Source: Lysobacterales bacterium (lineage in GTDB: Bacteria > Pseudomonadota > Gammaproteobacteria > Xanthomonadales > SZUA-38). From it: a stretch of DNA of 26,560 bases. How positions within the stretch are numbered: position 1 is the stretch's first letter; the number at the start of each line of letters is the position of its first letter. The notes under the pieces are model-generated. The model worked only from the letters and a program-made list of their open reading frames with translations, was not told where the DNA came from and ran no database searches. The position numbers and the translations under genes were made by a program. Location: assembly GCA_965212525.1 (NCBI GenBank), contig CBDBVC010000052.1, positions 1-26,560 of the forward strand, read 5' to 3'. Positions 1-9,931 of the stretch are shown here, piece by piece.

Positions 1-96
1 GATCGTATTGCGGAACTGCTCGTGGTCTGTGACAGCGAAGAACTCGATCAGCTGACCGAGGCCGCCAGATTACTGTCTTCCAGATTGCGAAAATAA
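1..96 (+). CDS. 3' end of an upstream gene whose start lies outside the window. Frame 1 is open from base 1 to the TAA at 94-96 and reads ...DRIAELLVVCDSEELDQLTEAARLLSSRLRK*.
   Basis: Frame 1 has no stop from the window edge to 94-96. No family is recognisable from the 31 residues. Confidence 0.3.
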   Translation, partial: DRIAELLVVCDSEELDQLTEAARLLSSRLRK

Positions 97-222
97 TCAA
101 CGATATCGTGCCCTGACAGGCTGACTTCTGTCACTTCAGGCCTGTTTTGATTCATGCTAGGATGATTTTTTGCGTCTCAAACGACGTCAAGCACCACATC
201 AAACAGGGAATAACACTCACCC

Positions 223-2040
223 ATGGAAAGTACTCGAACACAGTTCACCAACATTCTCATCTTCCTGCTTGGCCTTATGCTGGCCGCTACAGGTATTGCC
301 AAGCCCAGCAACGACAGTATCGAAGGCGTTTCTGCCGTCACGGTACACAACTGGGCACACATCAAGTTGTCCGGCGATTATCCCGAGCGGGCACAACTGC
401 CGGGCTTCTTTGCCGCAGTCAGCGAATCACTCGATGAAATGATCAGCAGGCTGGACAAGGCCGCCACCGACGAAAGCATTGATGGCGTGTTGCTTGAAGT
501 CAGCAATGTCAGTATCGGATGGGCCAAGCTGAACGAGATCCACGCCGCCATCGATCGCCTCAAGTCGAACAAGGTGCCTGTCTACGGCTGGACCATCACT
601 GGCAACACGATGGATTACCTGATCGCCTCTCGTGCCGACAGGCTTTACATGCCCGAATCCTCGACCCTGATGCTGCTTGGGCTTCGTGCCGAAGTGAGTT
701 TTTATCGCAACCTGCTCGACAAGCTCGAGGTACAACCCGACATCCTGCGCGTGGGCAAGTACAAATCGGCGGCTGAACCCTACTCGCGTACCGAAATGAG
801 CCCGGAATTCAGGCAGGAAATGGAAGCTGTTCTGGATGATTACTACCAGCAAATGGTGAACATGATCGCCTCCTCACGGTCCATTCCGGCTGAAAAGGTC
901 AGTGCCGCCATCGATTCCGGTCCGCATATGGCCACAGCCGCCAGGCAGCTCGGGCTGCTGGATGAGGTCATTTACCGCGATCAGATCGAGTCCGTCGTCA
1001 CCGGTGGCAAGGAAGGCCATATCCTGTATCTGAGCAAGGATTACGGCAAACAGGAATACGATGACGATTTCAGCGGTTTCGGCGGCATGATGAAACTGTT
1101 CGAGGTCCTGACAGGTCAGGGTTCCAGCAAACAGACATTCGATGACCCGACCATTGCCGTCATTTATGGCACCGGTGCCATCGTGACCGGGGAAAGCACC
1201 AGTTCAGGCTTTGGTGGCGAGACTTCACTGGGGTCCGAAACACTGATCAAGGCCATCCGCAAGGCCAGCAACCATTCCCGCGTCAAGGCGATTGTGCTGA
1301 GAGTGGACAGCCCTGGAGGCAGTGCGCTGGCCAGCGACATGATCTGGCGTGAACTGGAAACGGTGGATATACCCGTGGTCGTCAGCATGGGTGATGTGGC
1401 TGCCAGTGGCGGCTATTACATCTCAATGGGTGCAGACCGCATCTTTGCCGAACCTGGCACCATCACCGGATCGATCGGCGTGGTTGGCGGCAAGCTGGCA
1501 CTCGAGGGTTTGATGGAAAAGGTGGGGATTACCACCACCGTCATTTCACGTGGCGCCAATTCAGGGTCGATGAGCTCACTGCACACCTTCAGTGACAGCG
1601 AACGCATCAGCATGACGCGTATTCTAGAGGAGATCTATAACCAGTTCACCAGCAAGGCAGCCGAGGGTCGTTCCATGCCTCTGGGAACCATTCGCGAGCT
1701 GGCGCAGGGTCGCATCTACACCGGTAACATGGCACTGAAAAACGGCCTGGTCGATGAAATCGGCACGATTGACGATGCCATCACACATGCCCGTGAAATG
1801 GCCGGAATTGATCCGGATACCGAAATAGACAAGATGGTTCTGCCCCGTGCGCAGAGCCCATTCGAGCAGTGGTTCGGATCGATGGGTGGTGTAAAGGCAC
1901 GCGGTCTGGAAACACTGTATGAATCGCTCAGGGCGATTGCGCCTGAACTGGCAGAACCGCTCAAACTGCTGTCCACTGTGAATCTGCTGGCGACCGAGCG
2001 GGTACTGACAATGATGCCGTTCAGCATCCGGATTCGCTGA
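223..2040 (+). CDS. sppA: Signal peptide peptidase SppA (protease IV), long 67K form with two tandem SppA/ClpP-fold domains
   Basis: A 605-aa intact ORF with an N-terminal hydrophobic anchor (ILIFLLGLMLAATGIA). Its C-terminal domain carries the typical SppA block RVDSPGGSALASD...GDVAASGGYYIS. Its length matches the long-form SppA of E. coli. Confidence 0.85.
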   Translation: MESTRTQFTNILIFLLGLMLAATGIAKPSNDSIEGVSAVTVHNWAHIKLSGDYPERAQLPGFFAAVSESLDEMISRLDKAATDESIDGVLLEVSNVSIGWAKLNEIHAAIDRLKSNKVPVYGWTITGNTMDYLIASRADRLYMPESSTLMLLGLRAEVSFYRNLLDKLEVQPDILRVGKYKSAAEPYSRTEMSPEFRQEMEAVLDDYYQQMVNMIASSRSIPAEKVSAAIDSGPHMATAARQLGLLDEVIYRDQIESVVTGGKEGHILYLSKDYGKQEYDDDFSGFGGMMKLFEVLTGQGSSKQTFDDPTIAVIYGTGAIVTGESTSSGFGGETSLGSETLIKAIRKASNHSRVKAIVLRVDSPGGSALASDMIWRELETVDIPVVVSMGDVAASGGYYISMGADRIFAEPGTITGSIGVVGGKLALEGLMEKVGITTTVISRGANSGSMSSLHTFSDSERISMTRILEEIYNQFTSKAAEGRSMPLGTIRELAQGRIYTGNMALKNGLVDEIGTIDDAITHAREMAGIDPDTEIDKMVLPRAQSPFEQWFGSMGGVKARGLETLYESLRAIAPELAEPLKLLSTVNLLATERVLTMMPFSIRIR

Positions 2041-2048
2041 GGATAAGT

Positions 2049-2318
2049 TCAGATCCCCATTCGCGAGAGCATGGATATGATTGAATCGAGCACCCCCTGA
2101 ATACGGGGGTGTTCGACTGAAAATCGTCGTCGTGCCGATTCGTACTGCTCGATCACATCTTCGAAACCATCGATGTCATCGTCGGTGATTGACAGTCGGG
2201 TATGCAGATCCGAATCCAGCTGCTGAAGCATCTGGCGGGTTTGTGCATCGAGTGAAGACGTGTTATCCAGTTCGCTGCGCAAGGTTTGCAGTGCGTTTCG
2301 AAGTTCCTGCTGACTCAT
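2049..2318 (-). CDS. Small conserved hypothetical protein (89 aa, DUF4404-like), convergent with sppA
   Basis: An intact ORF with a good SD (GGGAGAG) 5 nt upstream of the ATG on the minus strand. The predicted protein is acidic and helical. The family assignment is from memory only. Confidence 0.45.
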   Translation of the reverse strand: MSQQELRNALQTLRSELDNTSSLDAQTRQMLQQLDSDLHTRLSITDDDIDGFEDVIEQYESARRRFSVEHPRIQGVLDSIISMLSRMGI

Positions 2319-2351
2319 GATGACTCTCCCTGCGGGTCTTGTCGGTCTGAT

Positions 2352-3359
2352 TCAGGTCAGATCCAGGACCACCCTGAACCGTGCCTCGTTTGACATCATT
2401 TTATCATAGGCCGCCGCTGCCTCGGCAAGCGGATAGGTCACGATCATGGGTTTGATGTCACGCAGTTTCGAGAATTCGAGCGTTTCTTCCGAATCCTTGC
2501 CGGTGCCACTGGGCCAGCCAGTGACACCCCTGCGTCCTGTAATCAGTTGCAGCGGAGACACATCGATATTGTCCGCAGAAGCACCCACCACAATCATCCG
2601 GCCATCGACCGAAAGGCCGTTGATGACAGAGGACATGGCGGCCGAACTCGGTGCCGTGGCCAGAATGACTCGAGCTCCGCCCAGCGCCTGCAGAGCGTTG
2701 ACCGGGTTGGTAGTGTCCGTATCGATGTACAGATCAGCACCCAGCCTGTGAGCCAGTTCGGCCTTGTCCGCTCCTCGTGACAGCGCCACGGTATGAAAGC
2801 CGAGGCGGTTTGCGTATTGCACCGCCAGGTGCCCGAGACCACCGATACCCTGGATGGCCACGACATCGCCGCCGAGAGCACCACTGTTTCTGAGTGCATT
2901 GTAGGTGGTAATGCCGGCACACAGCAGTGGTGCGGCCTCGGTTGCCGAAAGCTCATCCGGCACCAGTGCCAGTGCCTCTTCGCGTGCCACCATGTATTCG
3001 GCATAACCGCCATCGACATGAATGCCTGTGATGACCCCGTTTGCACAATTGATGAAATCACCAGTTCTGCAGGGATCACACCGGAAACAGTGACCGCCGT
3101 GCCAGCCAACACCGACCCGCTGACCGGCCTCACACAACTGCACCCCGTCACCGACGGCCTCTACAACACCGATCACTTCATGGCCGGGGACCCTTGGATA
3201 GCTGATGCCCGGGAACAGCCCGTCCTTGATGAAGGCATCACTGTGACAGATACCGCAGGCCTCGACACGGATCAACACCTCACCCGCTGCAGCCTCTGGC
3301 CTGTCACGCTCCACCAGCTCGAATCCCGCACCCGGCTCACTGATCTGCATCGCTTTCAT
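2352..3359 (-). CDS. Zn-dependent alcohol dehydrogenase (MDR family, AdhP-like)
   Basis: The catalytic Zn motif GHEVIGVVEAVG, the structural Zn Cys cluster C..C..C and a CGICHSD motif are present. The start was moved to the second ATG (MKAMQIS...) because an AGGAG sits 7 nt upstream of it. The ORF track started 5 codons earlier. Confidence 0.85.
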   Translation of the reverse strand: MKAMQISEPGAGFELVERDRPEAAAGEVLIRVEACGICHSDAFIKDGLFPGISYPRVPGHEVIGVVEAVGDGVQLCEAGQRVGVGWHGGHCFRCDPCRTGDFINCANGVITGIHVDGGYAEYMVAREEALALVPDELSATEAAPLLCAGITTYNALRNSGALGGDVVAIQGIGGLGHLAVQYANRLGFHTVALSRGADKAELAHRLGADLYIDTDTTNPVNALQALGGARVILATAPSSAAMSSVINGLSVDGRMIVVGASADNIDVSPLQLITGRRGVTGWPSGTGKDSEETLEFSKLRDIKPMIVTYPLAEAAAAYDKMMSNEARFRVVLDLT

Positions 3360-3528
3360 CAACTCACTCCTCATGATTCTTTGGTTGCCTCATCATAGCA
3401 TTGCCATGTGACGCCTCCGTCAATGAAACCGGGAGACTGGTCACAGGGTGCGGTTCACGATTCATTTACCATTTGTTAATGAAACCAACCTATACTGGCA
3501 GGATGTGCGCCGTGCGATACAGGAAACA

Positions 3529-4620
3529 GAGATGATGAACAACTGGAACAGATCATTTTCCGCATTACTGATTGTTGCAAGCCTCGTCACATCGGCCAGT
3601 GCACAGACCTTCGTCCGGCTTGTAACCTCCGTCGGCAATATCGATATCGAACTGATGGACTCGGCAGTGTCGGCAACCGTGGCCAATTTTCTCGATTACG
3701 TCAACGACGGTGATTATGTCGATTCCTTCTTTCACCGCAGCGACCAGAGCACCTTCATTCAGGGCGGTGCATTCCAGTTCACCGGCGGTCAGGTGCTGAC
3801 CGTTCCGCCGAACGCAGCCATCGCCAATGAATTTCAGCAGTCCAATGTGCGCGGTACGATTTCGATGCTGTACTTCGGCACCGACCCCAATACTGCCACC
3901 TCGCAGTGGAACATCAACCTGGCTGATAATTCGGCGCAGTTCGACATGATCAGTGGCAATCCCGGCTATACCGTCTTCGGCACCATCACGGCCGAGAGCA
4001 TGCCGGTCGTCGATGCCATCGCGGCGCTGACGATTTCCGATGTGGGCGGCGCCTTTACCATGCTGCCCACCATCAACTACATGGGCGGCAGCATCGTGCG
4101 TGAAAACCTGGCCATCATCGACAGTGCCAGCATCATCGACGATCCCGGCGGTGGCGGCGGTGGCGGTGGCGATGAGTTCATGATCAACCCCGGGCTCAAT
4201 GGTGCCTGGTTCGACCCGGCCACGCCTGGCCAGGGCATCCTGATCGAGGTACTGCCCAATGCCGGCATCATCTTCATGGCCTGGTTCACCTACGACACCA
4301 GTCAGCCAGACCCGGGGCTCACGGCCGTAATCGGCGATCCGGGGCACCGATGGCTGACGGCTCAGGGCGCTTTCGGCATTGATTCGGCCACACTGGACCT
4401 GACCATCACCTCGGGCGGCCTGTTCGATGATCCGGCAACGGTCAGCAACACGTCAGCCGGCAGCGTGGGTTCGGTGACCCTGGCATTTACCGACTGCGGC
4501 AATGCCACGCTGACCTACAGCATTCCGGGCAGCGGCCTCAGCCGCACCATCACGCTGATCCGCATCTCCAATGACAATGTGTCCTTGTGTGAGCAGCTGA
4601 ACAGCACCATGCGGCGCTGA
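3529..4620 (+). CDS. Secreted cyclophilin-type peptidyl-prolyl isomerase fused via a poly-Gly linker to an unrecognised C-terminal domain of about 170 aa (paralog 1)
   Basis: Sec signal peptide MMNNWNRSFSALLIVASLVTSASAQ with AGGAAACAGAG before the ATG. The cyclophilin motifs FHRS..FIQGG, NEF..SNVRGTISM, QWNINL.DN and GYTVFGTI..MPVVDAI are present. A G10 linker follows, then a C-terminal domain with the conserved blocks NGAWFDPATPGQG, GDPGHRWLTAQGAF, CGNATLTY and a terminal ..VSLCE. Confidence 0.75.
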   Translation, partial: EMMNNWNRSFSALLIVASLVTSASAQTFVRLVTSVGNIDIELMDSAVSATVANFLDYVNDGDYVDSFFHRSDQSTFIQGGAFQFTGGQVLTVPPNAAIANEFQQSNVRGTISMLYFGTDPNTATSQWNINLADNSAQFDMISGNPGYTVFGTITAESMPVVDAIAALTISDVGGAFTMLPTINYMGGSIVRENLAIIDSASIIDDPGGGGGGGGDEFMINPGLNGAWFDPATPGQGILIEVLPNAGIIFMAWFTYDTSQPDPGLTAVIGDPGHRWLTAQGAFGIDSATLDLTITSGGLFDDPATVSNTSAGSVGSVTLAFTDCGNATLTYSIPGSGLSRTITLIRISNDNVSLCEQLNSTMRR

Positions 4621-4885
4621 TTTTCAGGCCGAAACAGCGCATCGAATAGTCCCTGAATGCAGTGTCAGAACTGTGCTGTCGTTGCTGTTTCCGGTCTATT
4701 GCATTCTTTTTTTGTCTTTTCCGTAACCTTTTTGCAACCACTGCGTCTAAATCAATAGAGTTCTGCGTGAACTCTGTGGTATGCAGTGCCAGATCGCCGC
4801 TTTCCGGCGAGATCGTGTTTAGGGTGTGAGTTGATCACTGACTTGCTTGTTGTGGCTCGACCGGAGGCTAAAAGGATGCGTTCGT

Positions 4886-6308
4886 ATGCTGTTTAACACG
4901 CCGATTTTCTTCATCTTTTTCGTTATTTTCCTGCTGTTCTACGGCTTTATCTTTCTCCAGCGCAAACCCCGGGTCTACTTCATTCTGGTGGCCAGCCTGG
5001 TGTTCTATGGTGCATGGAACTACAAGTTCATCCCCCTGCTGGTGGGCAGTGCCGTCATCGACTATTTCCTGGCGATTGCCATCGGTTCGGCCACGACGAT
5101 AGGCCGCAAGAAGCTGTTTCTGACGCTGTCGATTGCGATGAACATCGGCATACTGGCCCTGTTCAAGTACGCCGATTTCGTACTGCAGTCGGTGGCCGAC
5201 CTGCTCGGTGTATTCGGCTATCAGGCCTCGATTCCGACGCTGTCATGGGTGCTGCCGGTGGGTATCTCCTTCTACACCTTCCAGAGCATGAGTTACACCA
5301 TCGATGTCTATCGGGGTGTGATGCAGCCACGCAAGGGGCTGGTGGAATTCACCGCAGCGCTGTCGTTCTTCCCGCAGCTGGTGGCCGGCCCGATCCTGCG
5401 CGCCAGGCAGATTCTGCCGCAGTTCCATCGCCTGCCCGTGCCCACCTGGACCATGGCCAGGCACGGATTCCTGCTGATTACCGTCGGCGTGTTCAAGAAG
5501 ACCATTGCCGATCTGCTGGCTGTACCGGCCGCACTGGCCTTCGATTCGGGTCATACCATCAGTACACTGGAGGCATGGACCGGCGTACTGGCCTTTGCCG
5601 GACAGATCTACGGCGACTTTTCAGGTTACAGTGACATGGCGATTGGCCTTGCCCTGCTGCTCGGTTTCCAGATACCACTGAACTTCCGTCTACCCTACTT
5701 TGCCATTTCCCCGGTTGATTTTCTGGCGCCGCTGGCATATCTCGCTGTCATCCTGGTTGCGTGATTACCTCTATATTTCGCTGGGTGGCAACCGAACCGG
5801 CCATCGTTACCGCAATATATTCATCACCATGCTGCTCGGTGGACTGTGGCACGGTGCCCGCCTGGACCTTCGTGGCCTGGGGTTTCTTCCTACGGCATGA
5901 TCATTGCCGGAACCCATTTCCTGTCCACGCGCGCTGTGTTCAGGGGTTTCGTCGAATCCGATTCGAAAGGCACTGAAGGTTCTCAAGTGGGCCATGACAT
6001 TCTATCTGGTGCTGCTTGGCTGGGTGCTGTTCCGTGCCACCAGTATCGAGGGCGCCTGGCAGCTGTTCCTGGATCTGCACACCTTCTCCGGGCCCGAGTG
6101 GCATGCCCCGGTCGCCATGACGGTATTGTCCTGATGGTGGTGGGCGCTCTGCTCGTGGTGCACCTGCTGGACAAGCTGGTGCTGAGCAAGGGTGGCGAAG
6201 ATCGAAAACAACAAATGGCTGTTCTGGCCGCCTGCTGGGTCATCATCCTAGGCACTGTGCCTGATGATTGGCAAGCCCAGTGCAGAATTCATTTACTTCC
6301 AGTTCTGA
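4886..6308 (+). pseudogene. MBOAT-family membrane O-acyltransferase (AlgI/DltB/PatA-like) disrupted by at least 6 frameshifts
   Basis: The MBOAT sequence is spread over frames 2, 3, 1, 2, 3, 2, 3. The N-terminal TM region MLFNTPIFFIFFVIFLLFYG is in frame 2 (4886-5764). The catalytic-His block [25 protein letters not shown] is in frame 3 from about 5718. WTFVAWGFF is in frame 1 and [11 protein letters not shown] in frame 2. KALKVLKWAMTFYLVLLGWVLFRATSIEGAW is in frame 3. The AlgI-type C-terminal EFIYFQF* is in frame 3 at 6285-6308. The first shift sits in a T4 run (gattttctgg, where D-F-W requires gatttctgg). Confidence 0.7.
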
Positions 6309-6311
6309 GGG

Positions 6312-7570
6312 ATGAGACAGATGACTACAGACATGACTCCTGAAATGACTGAAGAGCACACCACCGGGACAACGCGCGATGTACTTTCGCATCCTGATGA
6401 CCATTCTCATCGGCATGTTCATTGCACTGGTTATCATCCGCATCTTTGCCGCCTCGATGGGCGGGTCGCCGGAAAATATTATGGGCCGGGTCTATCAGGC
6501 ACGTGCCGAGCTGCCCGAGATCGCCTCTGAGGCGCGTGAGAACGACACCCTGATATTCTTTGGATCCTCGATGGTCGAGGCCGGCTTTTCGCCGCGTGAA
6601 TTCGAGCAGATGCTGGATGAGAAGGACGTGAAAAATTCGTGCCTGGAATTTCGGCTTTGGCGGCCTGAACCCGCTTTACCAGGATTTTCTGGCCCAGACG
6701 CATTCGCGATTCATTCCTGGAGAATGATGCGCGACTGAAGGTGGCCTTTATCGAGTTCAACCCGTTCCAGACCACCATCACGCGTCGTGATGGCGCCCGG
6801 GCCAGTGATGATTCCTATATCAATATGCTGGCCACCGATGCCGAGATATTCGAGATCATGAAGCAGGATGTCAGGCGCGGCATTCGCATGTTTCAATATC
6901 CGCTACCTGCGCAACAGTGTTTCGGCAGAAATGGCGACTTCATTCTTCGGTGGTTTCCTCAGGCCACGTGCTCCCCGTACTGAAATTGAACTGGACGATG
7001 AGATCAGAACACGATTAGACGAAATCGGTGAACAGATGAGTGTGGCGTTTAGAAGAAGATTTTCCTGATTTCAAACCCCTGCCGATGGTGTAAGGCGAAT
7101 CAGGGGTTTCGGTCGATCAGAAGTGACCGCACACCTGAGACCATTGAATTGTTTCGTGAATATTACGAATTGCGAGAACACCCCCTACTTCAAGGAAAGT
7201 GCGCTGCTAGCGCCGCATCCACTCGGCCGACATCATCGATCTGAATTTCGACGAGGAACTGATCGTGCACTTCATTCGGCTGGTGAAGGTGTTTAAGGAA
7301 TTTTCCGATGATGTACAGGTGGTGCTACTGCCGCGAAATTCCGACTGGGTGGTCTATCCTCCGGAAGCCGAGGCACGGCTGAACGCCGTGATCGACCGAA
7401 TCGAGCGCGAGACGGGGCTGAAGCTGCACAATCATCAGCTGATCGAAGAAGTACCGAACAATCTGTACAGCGACACCACTCACCTGACGGGTTATTTTGG
7501 TGCCGTGGCCTATACACAATATCTGGCTGACCGTTACGCCGACCGCATCGGTGAGGCGGTTTCACGATAG
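6312..7570 (+). pseudogene. Partner of the MBOAT gene: SGNH-fold (AlgJ/AlgX/DltD/PatB-like) O-acetyltransferase/esterase, fragmented across at least 4 frames
   Basis: The ATG lies 3 nt after the MBOAT stop. The TM anchor MYFRILMTILIGMFIALVIIRIF and LIFFGSSMVEAGFSP (a Ser block) are in frame 1. WNFGFGGLNPLYQDFLAQTHSRF is in frame 2 and KVAFIEFNPFQTTITRRDG.. in frame 3. A frame-1 segment covers 6868-7068. The C-terminal SGNH block V, D-x-x-H (YSDTTHLTGYFGAVAYTQYLADRY), is in frame 2 ending at 7570. Confidence 0.5.
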
Positions 7571-7687
7571 ATCAGCGCTGATGAACTGAACGGTTCAACC
7601 CCAGGACCCCTGCCGGTCTGCCCTGCGTTTCACTCATTTTCCCGATGACTGGACGGACTGGCAGCGGTTCCTGGATTCAGCTCTGGC

Positions 7688-9931
7688 TCAGCTCTGGCTC
7701 AGCGCCGATTCAATCGCCTGCCTGACCGAATCCACAGACGGCAATACGGTTTGAGAGGCATCGCCCAGCGGCGTGAAACAGTCGGCACCGGTAATCTTGC
7801 TGATCGCCTTGTCCGTCCCGAATTCGGCCACCAGCAACGACACCACGCCCTCGCCGACACCGGCCGAGGCGCGGCCTTCATCGACAATGAGAATGCCATC
7901 ATAATCGCGGGCAATCTCGCAGATCTCGGCTGAATGCAGCGGTTGCAGCCAGCGCAGATCCATCACCGTGGCCAGACCATGGCCTTCATCGGCCAGTTGC
8001 CTGGCGGCCTTCAGACTCATTGGAACGCCATTGCCGTAGGTGATGACTAGCAGGTGTCGTGACTCGGTATCGTACAGACCCGGCATGCCGATCTGTATGG
8101 CCTGCTCCGGCGCCGGGTAATCAAAGCACCAGGCATTGTCGCCTTCGGTATGCAGATCCTTGTGCATGTAGAGGGCAATCGGCTCCAGAAACAGGATGAC
8201 CCGGCCATTGACCTTTGACAGGGCCATGCAGCTACGCATCATCCTGACGGCATCGTCGCCGCGTGAAGGACAGGCCACCAGTACGCCGGGAATATCGCGC
8301 AGCGCACTGATGCTGTTGTCATTGTGGAAGTGGCCGCCAAAACCCTTCTGATAGCCCAGTGATGGAATGCGCACCACCATCGGGTTGGCAAACTGGTTAT
8401 TGGAGAAGAACTGCAGACTGGCGGCTTCACCACGAATCTGGTCACAGGCATTGTGGAAATAGGCCAGGTACTGGATTTCGGGTATGGGCAGGAAGCCGAG
8501 ATTGGCATAGCCCTGGGCCAGACCGAGAATGGTCTGCTCATCCAGCAGCGTATTGAATACCCGCTTGTTGCTGAACTGCTTCATCAGCTGGCGCGTAAGG
8601 GTATACACCCCGCCCTTCTGGGCCACATCCTCGCCGAATATCAAGGTATTGGGGTACTTCAGCATCAGATCCGACAGGCCCTTGTTGATCAGGATGGCCA
8701 TGTGGCGTCCCCCCTGATTTTCGGGAAGTCCCTTCTCGCTGCCAAACAGCTCCAGACGCTGCGTCTGCTCGACACGGCGGCTGGCTTCGTTGTTGACTGC
8801 GGTTTCATCATAAGGCGCCAGCGGCTCGATCACCTGATCCAGATTTTCCAGACGCGGCCGTTTGTCGGCTGCACGGGCCGATTGCATGCAGCGCTCATGC
8901 ATGGCGTGGTACATGTCGATGATTTCGTCGGGTGTCATCACGCCACTGCGAACGGCAAGTTCGGCAGAACGCAGCAGTGGATCGGCCGCTTCGGCCGCTT
9001 CAAGCTCGGCAAGATCACGATAGTCGACCTCGAAATCCGTTCCGGCATGCCCCATCAGACGTGTGGTCTTCAGATGCAGGAACACCGGCTTGCGCTCGTG
9101 ACGGCAATAATTGACGGCGGTCTCCACCTGCCGGTAGCCACGTGCCAGATCCAGACCATCGGCTGCAAAATACTGCATGCCACGACGGTGCTGAAAACTG
9201 TTCTTGATCCAGTTGTCGGGTGTCCTGACCGAGATTCCGATACCGTTGTCCTCGCAGACAAACAGCACCGGCACGGCAAGGCCCTGATAGGCCGCCCACT
9301 GGGCTGCATTGAATGCGCCCTGGGCAGTGCTGTGATTGGCACTGGCATCACCGAAGTTGCACACGGTGATGGCATCTTCCGGTATAGCCATCTCCACCGC
9401 TGAGCGTCTGGCCAGCTCGATACCCAGTGCCGACCCTACCGCCTTGGGCAGGTGCGAGGCGATGGTGCTGGTCTGCGGTAATACCCACAATGGCTTGCTT
9501 CCCCAGACCTTGTGGCGACCACCCGAAGCCGGGTCCTCGCTGCTGGCCGCAAACGACAGCGCCGTATCATGTACCGGATCTATCCCGTCGACCTTGCGTG
9601 ATCGTTCCATCATGAACCCGCCGCTGCGGTAATGCAGGAAGGCCGGGTCGGTATGCCGGGTGAGTCGTCCCAGCAGGGTGTTGCCCTCGTGACCGGAACT
9701 GCCAATGGTGTAGAACACCTTGTTTTCAAGTCGCAGTTCGCGCGCCATCAGATCGAGCTGTCGCGACATGATCTGTGATTCGAACAGCTCGAGAAACGTG
9801 GTCCTGTCCATGCCGGTTTCCGACAGATCGAACGCCGTGGTGGCAGATTCGAGGGAATTGACATGATCGATGAAATTCTGGTCGATGATCGCGGCGCGAT
9901 TCACCTGTTTTGACTTGTTGTTGCTGGCCAT
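7688..9931 (-). CDS. TPP-dependent 2-oxoacid dehydrogenase E1 component, fused alpha-beta subunits (747 aa)
   Basis: The N-terminal half resembles an E1-alpha TPP-binding domain (YTIGSSGHEGN..., GDASANHSTAQGAFNAA). The C-terminal half resembles an E1-beta/transketolase Pyr domain (GEDVAQKGGVY..., IPEIQYLAYF..ACDQI, PSRGDDAVRMM). It is an intact single ORF. Confidence 0.8.
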   Translation of the reverse strand: MASNNKSKQVNRAAIIDQNFIDHVNSLESATTAFDLSETGMDRTTFLELFESQIMSRQLDLMARELRLENKVFYTIGSSGHEGNTLLGRLTRHTDPAFLHYRSGGFMMERSRKVDGIDPVHDTALSFAASSEDPASGGRHKVWGSKPLWVLPQTSTIASHLPKAVGSALGIELARRSAVEMAIPEDAITVCNFGDASANHSTAQGAFNAAQWAAYQGLAVPVLFVCEDNGIGISVRTPDNWIKNSFQHRRGMQYFAADGLDLARGYRQVETAVNYCRHERKPVFLHLKTTRLMGHAGTDFEVDYRDLAELEAAEAADPLLRSAELAVRSGVMTPDEIIDMYHAMHERCMQSARAADKRPRLENLDQVIEPLAPYDETAVNNEASRRVEQTQRLELFGSEKGLPENQGGRHMAILINKGLSDLMLKYPNTLIFGEDVAQKGGVYTLTRQLMKQFSNKRVFNTLLDEQTILGLAQGYANLGFLPIPEIQYLAYFHNACDQIRGEAASLQFFSNNQFANPMVVRIPSLGYQKGFGGHFHNDNSISALRDIPGVLVACPSRGDDAVRMMRSCMALSKVNGRVILFLEPIALYMHKDLHTEGDNAWCFDYPAPEQAIQIGMPGLYDTESRHLLVITYGNGVPMSLKAARQLADEGHGLATVMDLRWLQPLHSAEICEIARDYDGILIVDEGRASAGVGEGVVSLLVAEFGTDKAISKITGADCFTPLGDASQTVLPSVDSVRQAIESALSQS

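Noticed and set aside
3565-4347. 260-aa ORF on the minus strand
   Set aside because: It is antisense to cyclophilin-fusion paralog 1, is Gly/Asp/Arg-rich and low-complexity, and is a shadow ORF.
5014-5634. 206-aa ORF on the plus strand in another frame over the MBOAT N-terminal region
   Set aside because: It overlaps the frame that carries recognisable MBOAT TM helices. Its product is Arg/Gly-rich with no motif.
7571-7582. Perfect 12-bp palindrome ATCAGCGCTGAT right after the SGNH pseudogene stop
   Set aside because: It is too short to assign as a binding site or terminator without other copies, and no T-run is present.
7681-7702. Tandem 11-bp duplication (ctctggctcag x2) spanning the stop codon of the E1 gene
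   Set aside because: It is real in the sequence. The stop falls in the first copy and yields the same C-terminus (..SALSQS*) as a single copy would, so it has no obvious functional consequence. It is noted under the E1 finding only.
8453-9403. 316-aa ORF on the plus strand
   Set aside because: It lies entirely antisense within the well-supported E1 gene. Its composition is the typical GC-rich shadow-ORF type and no family signal is present.
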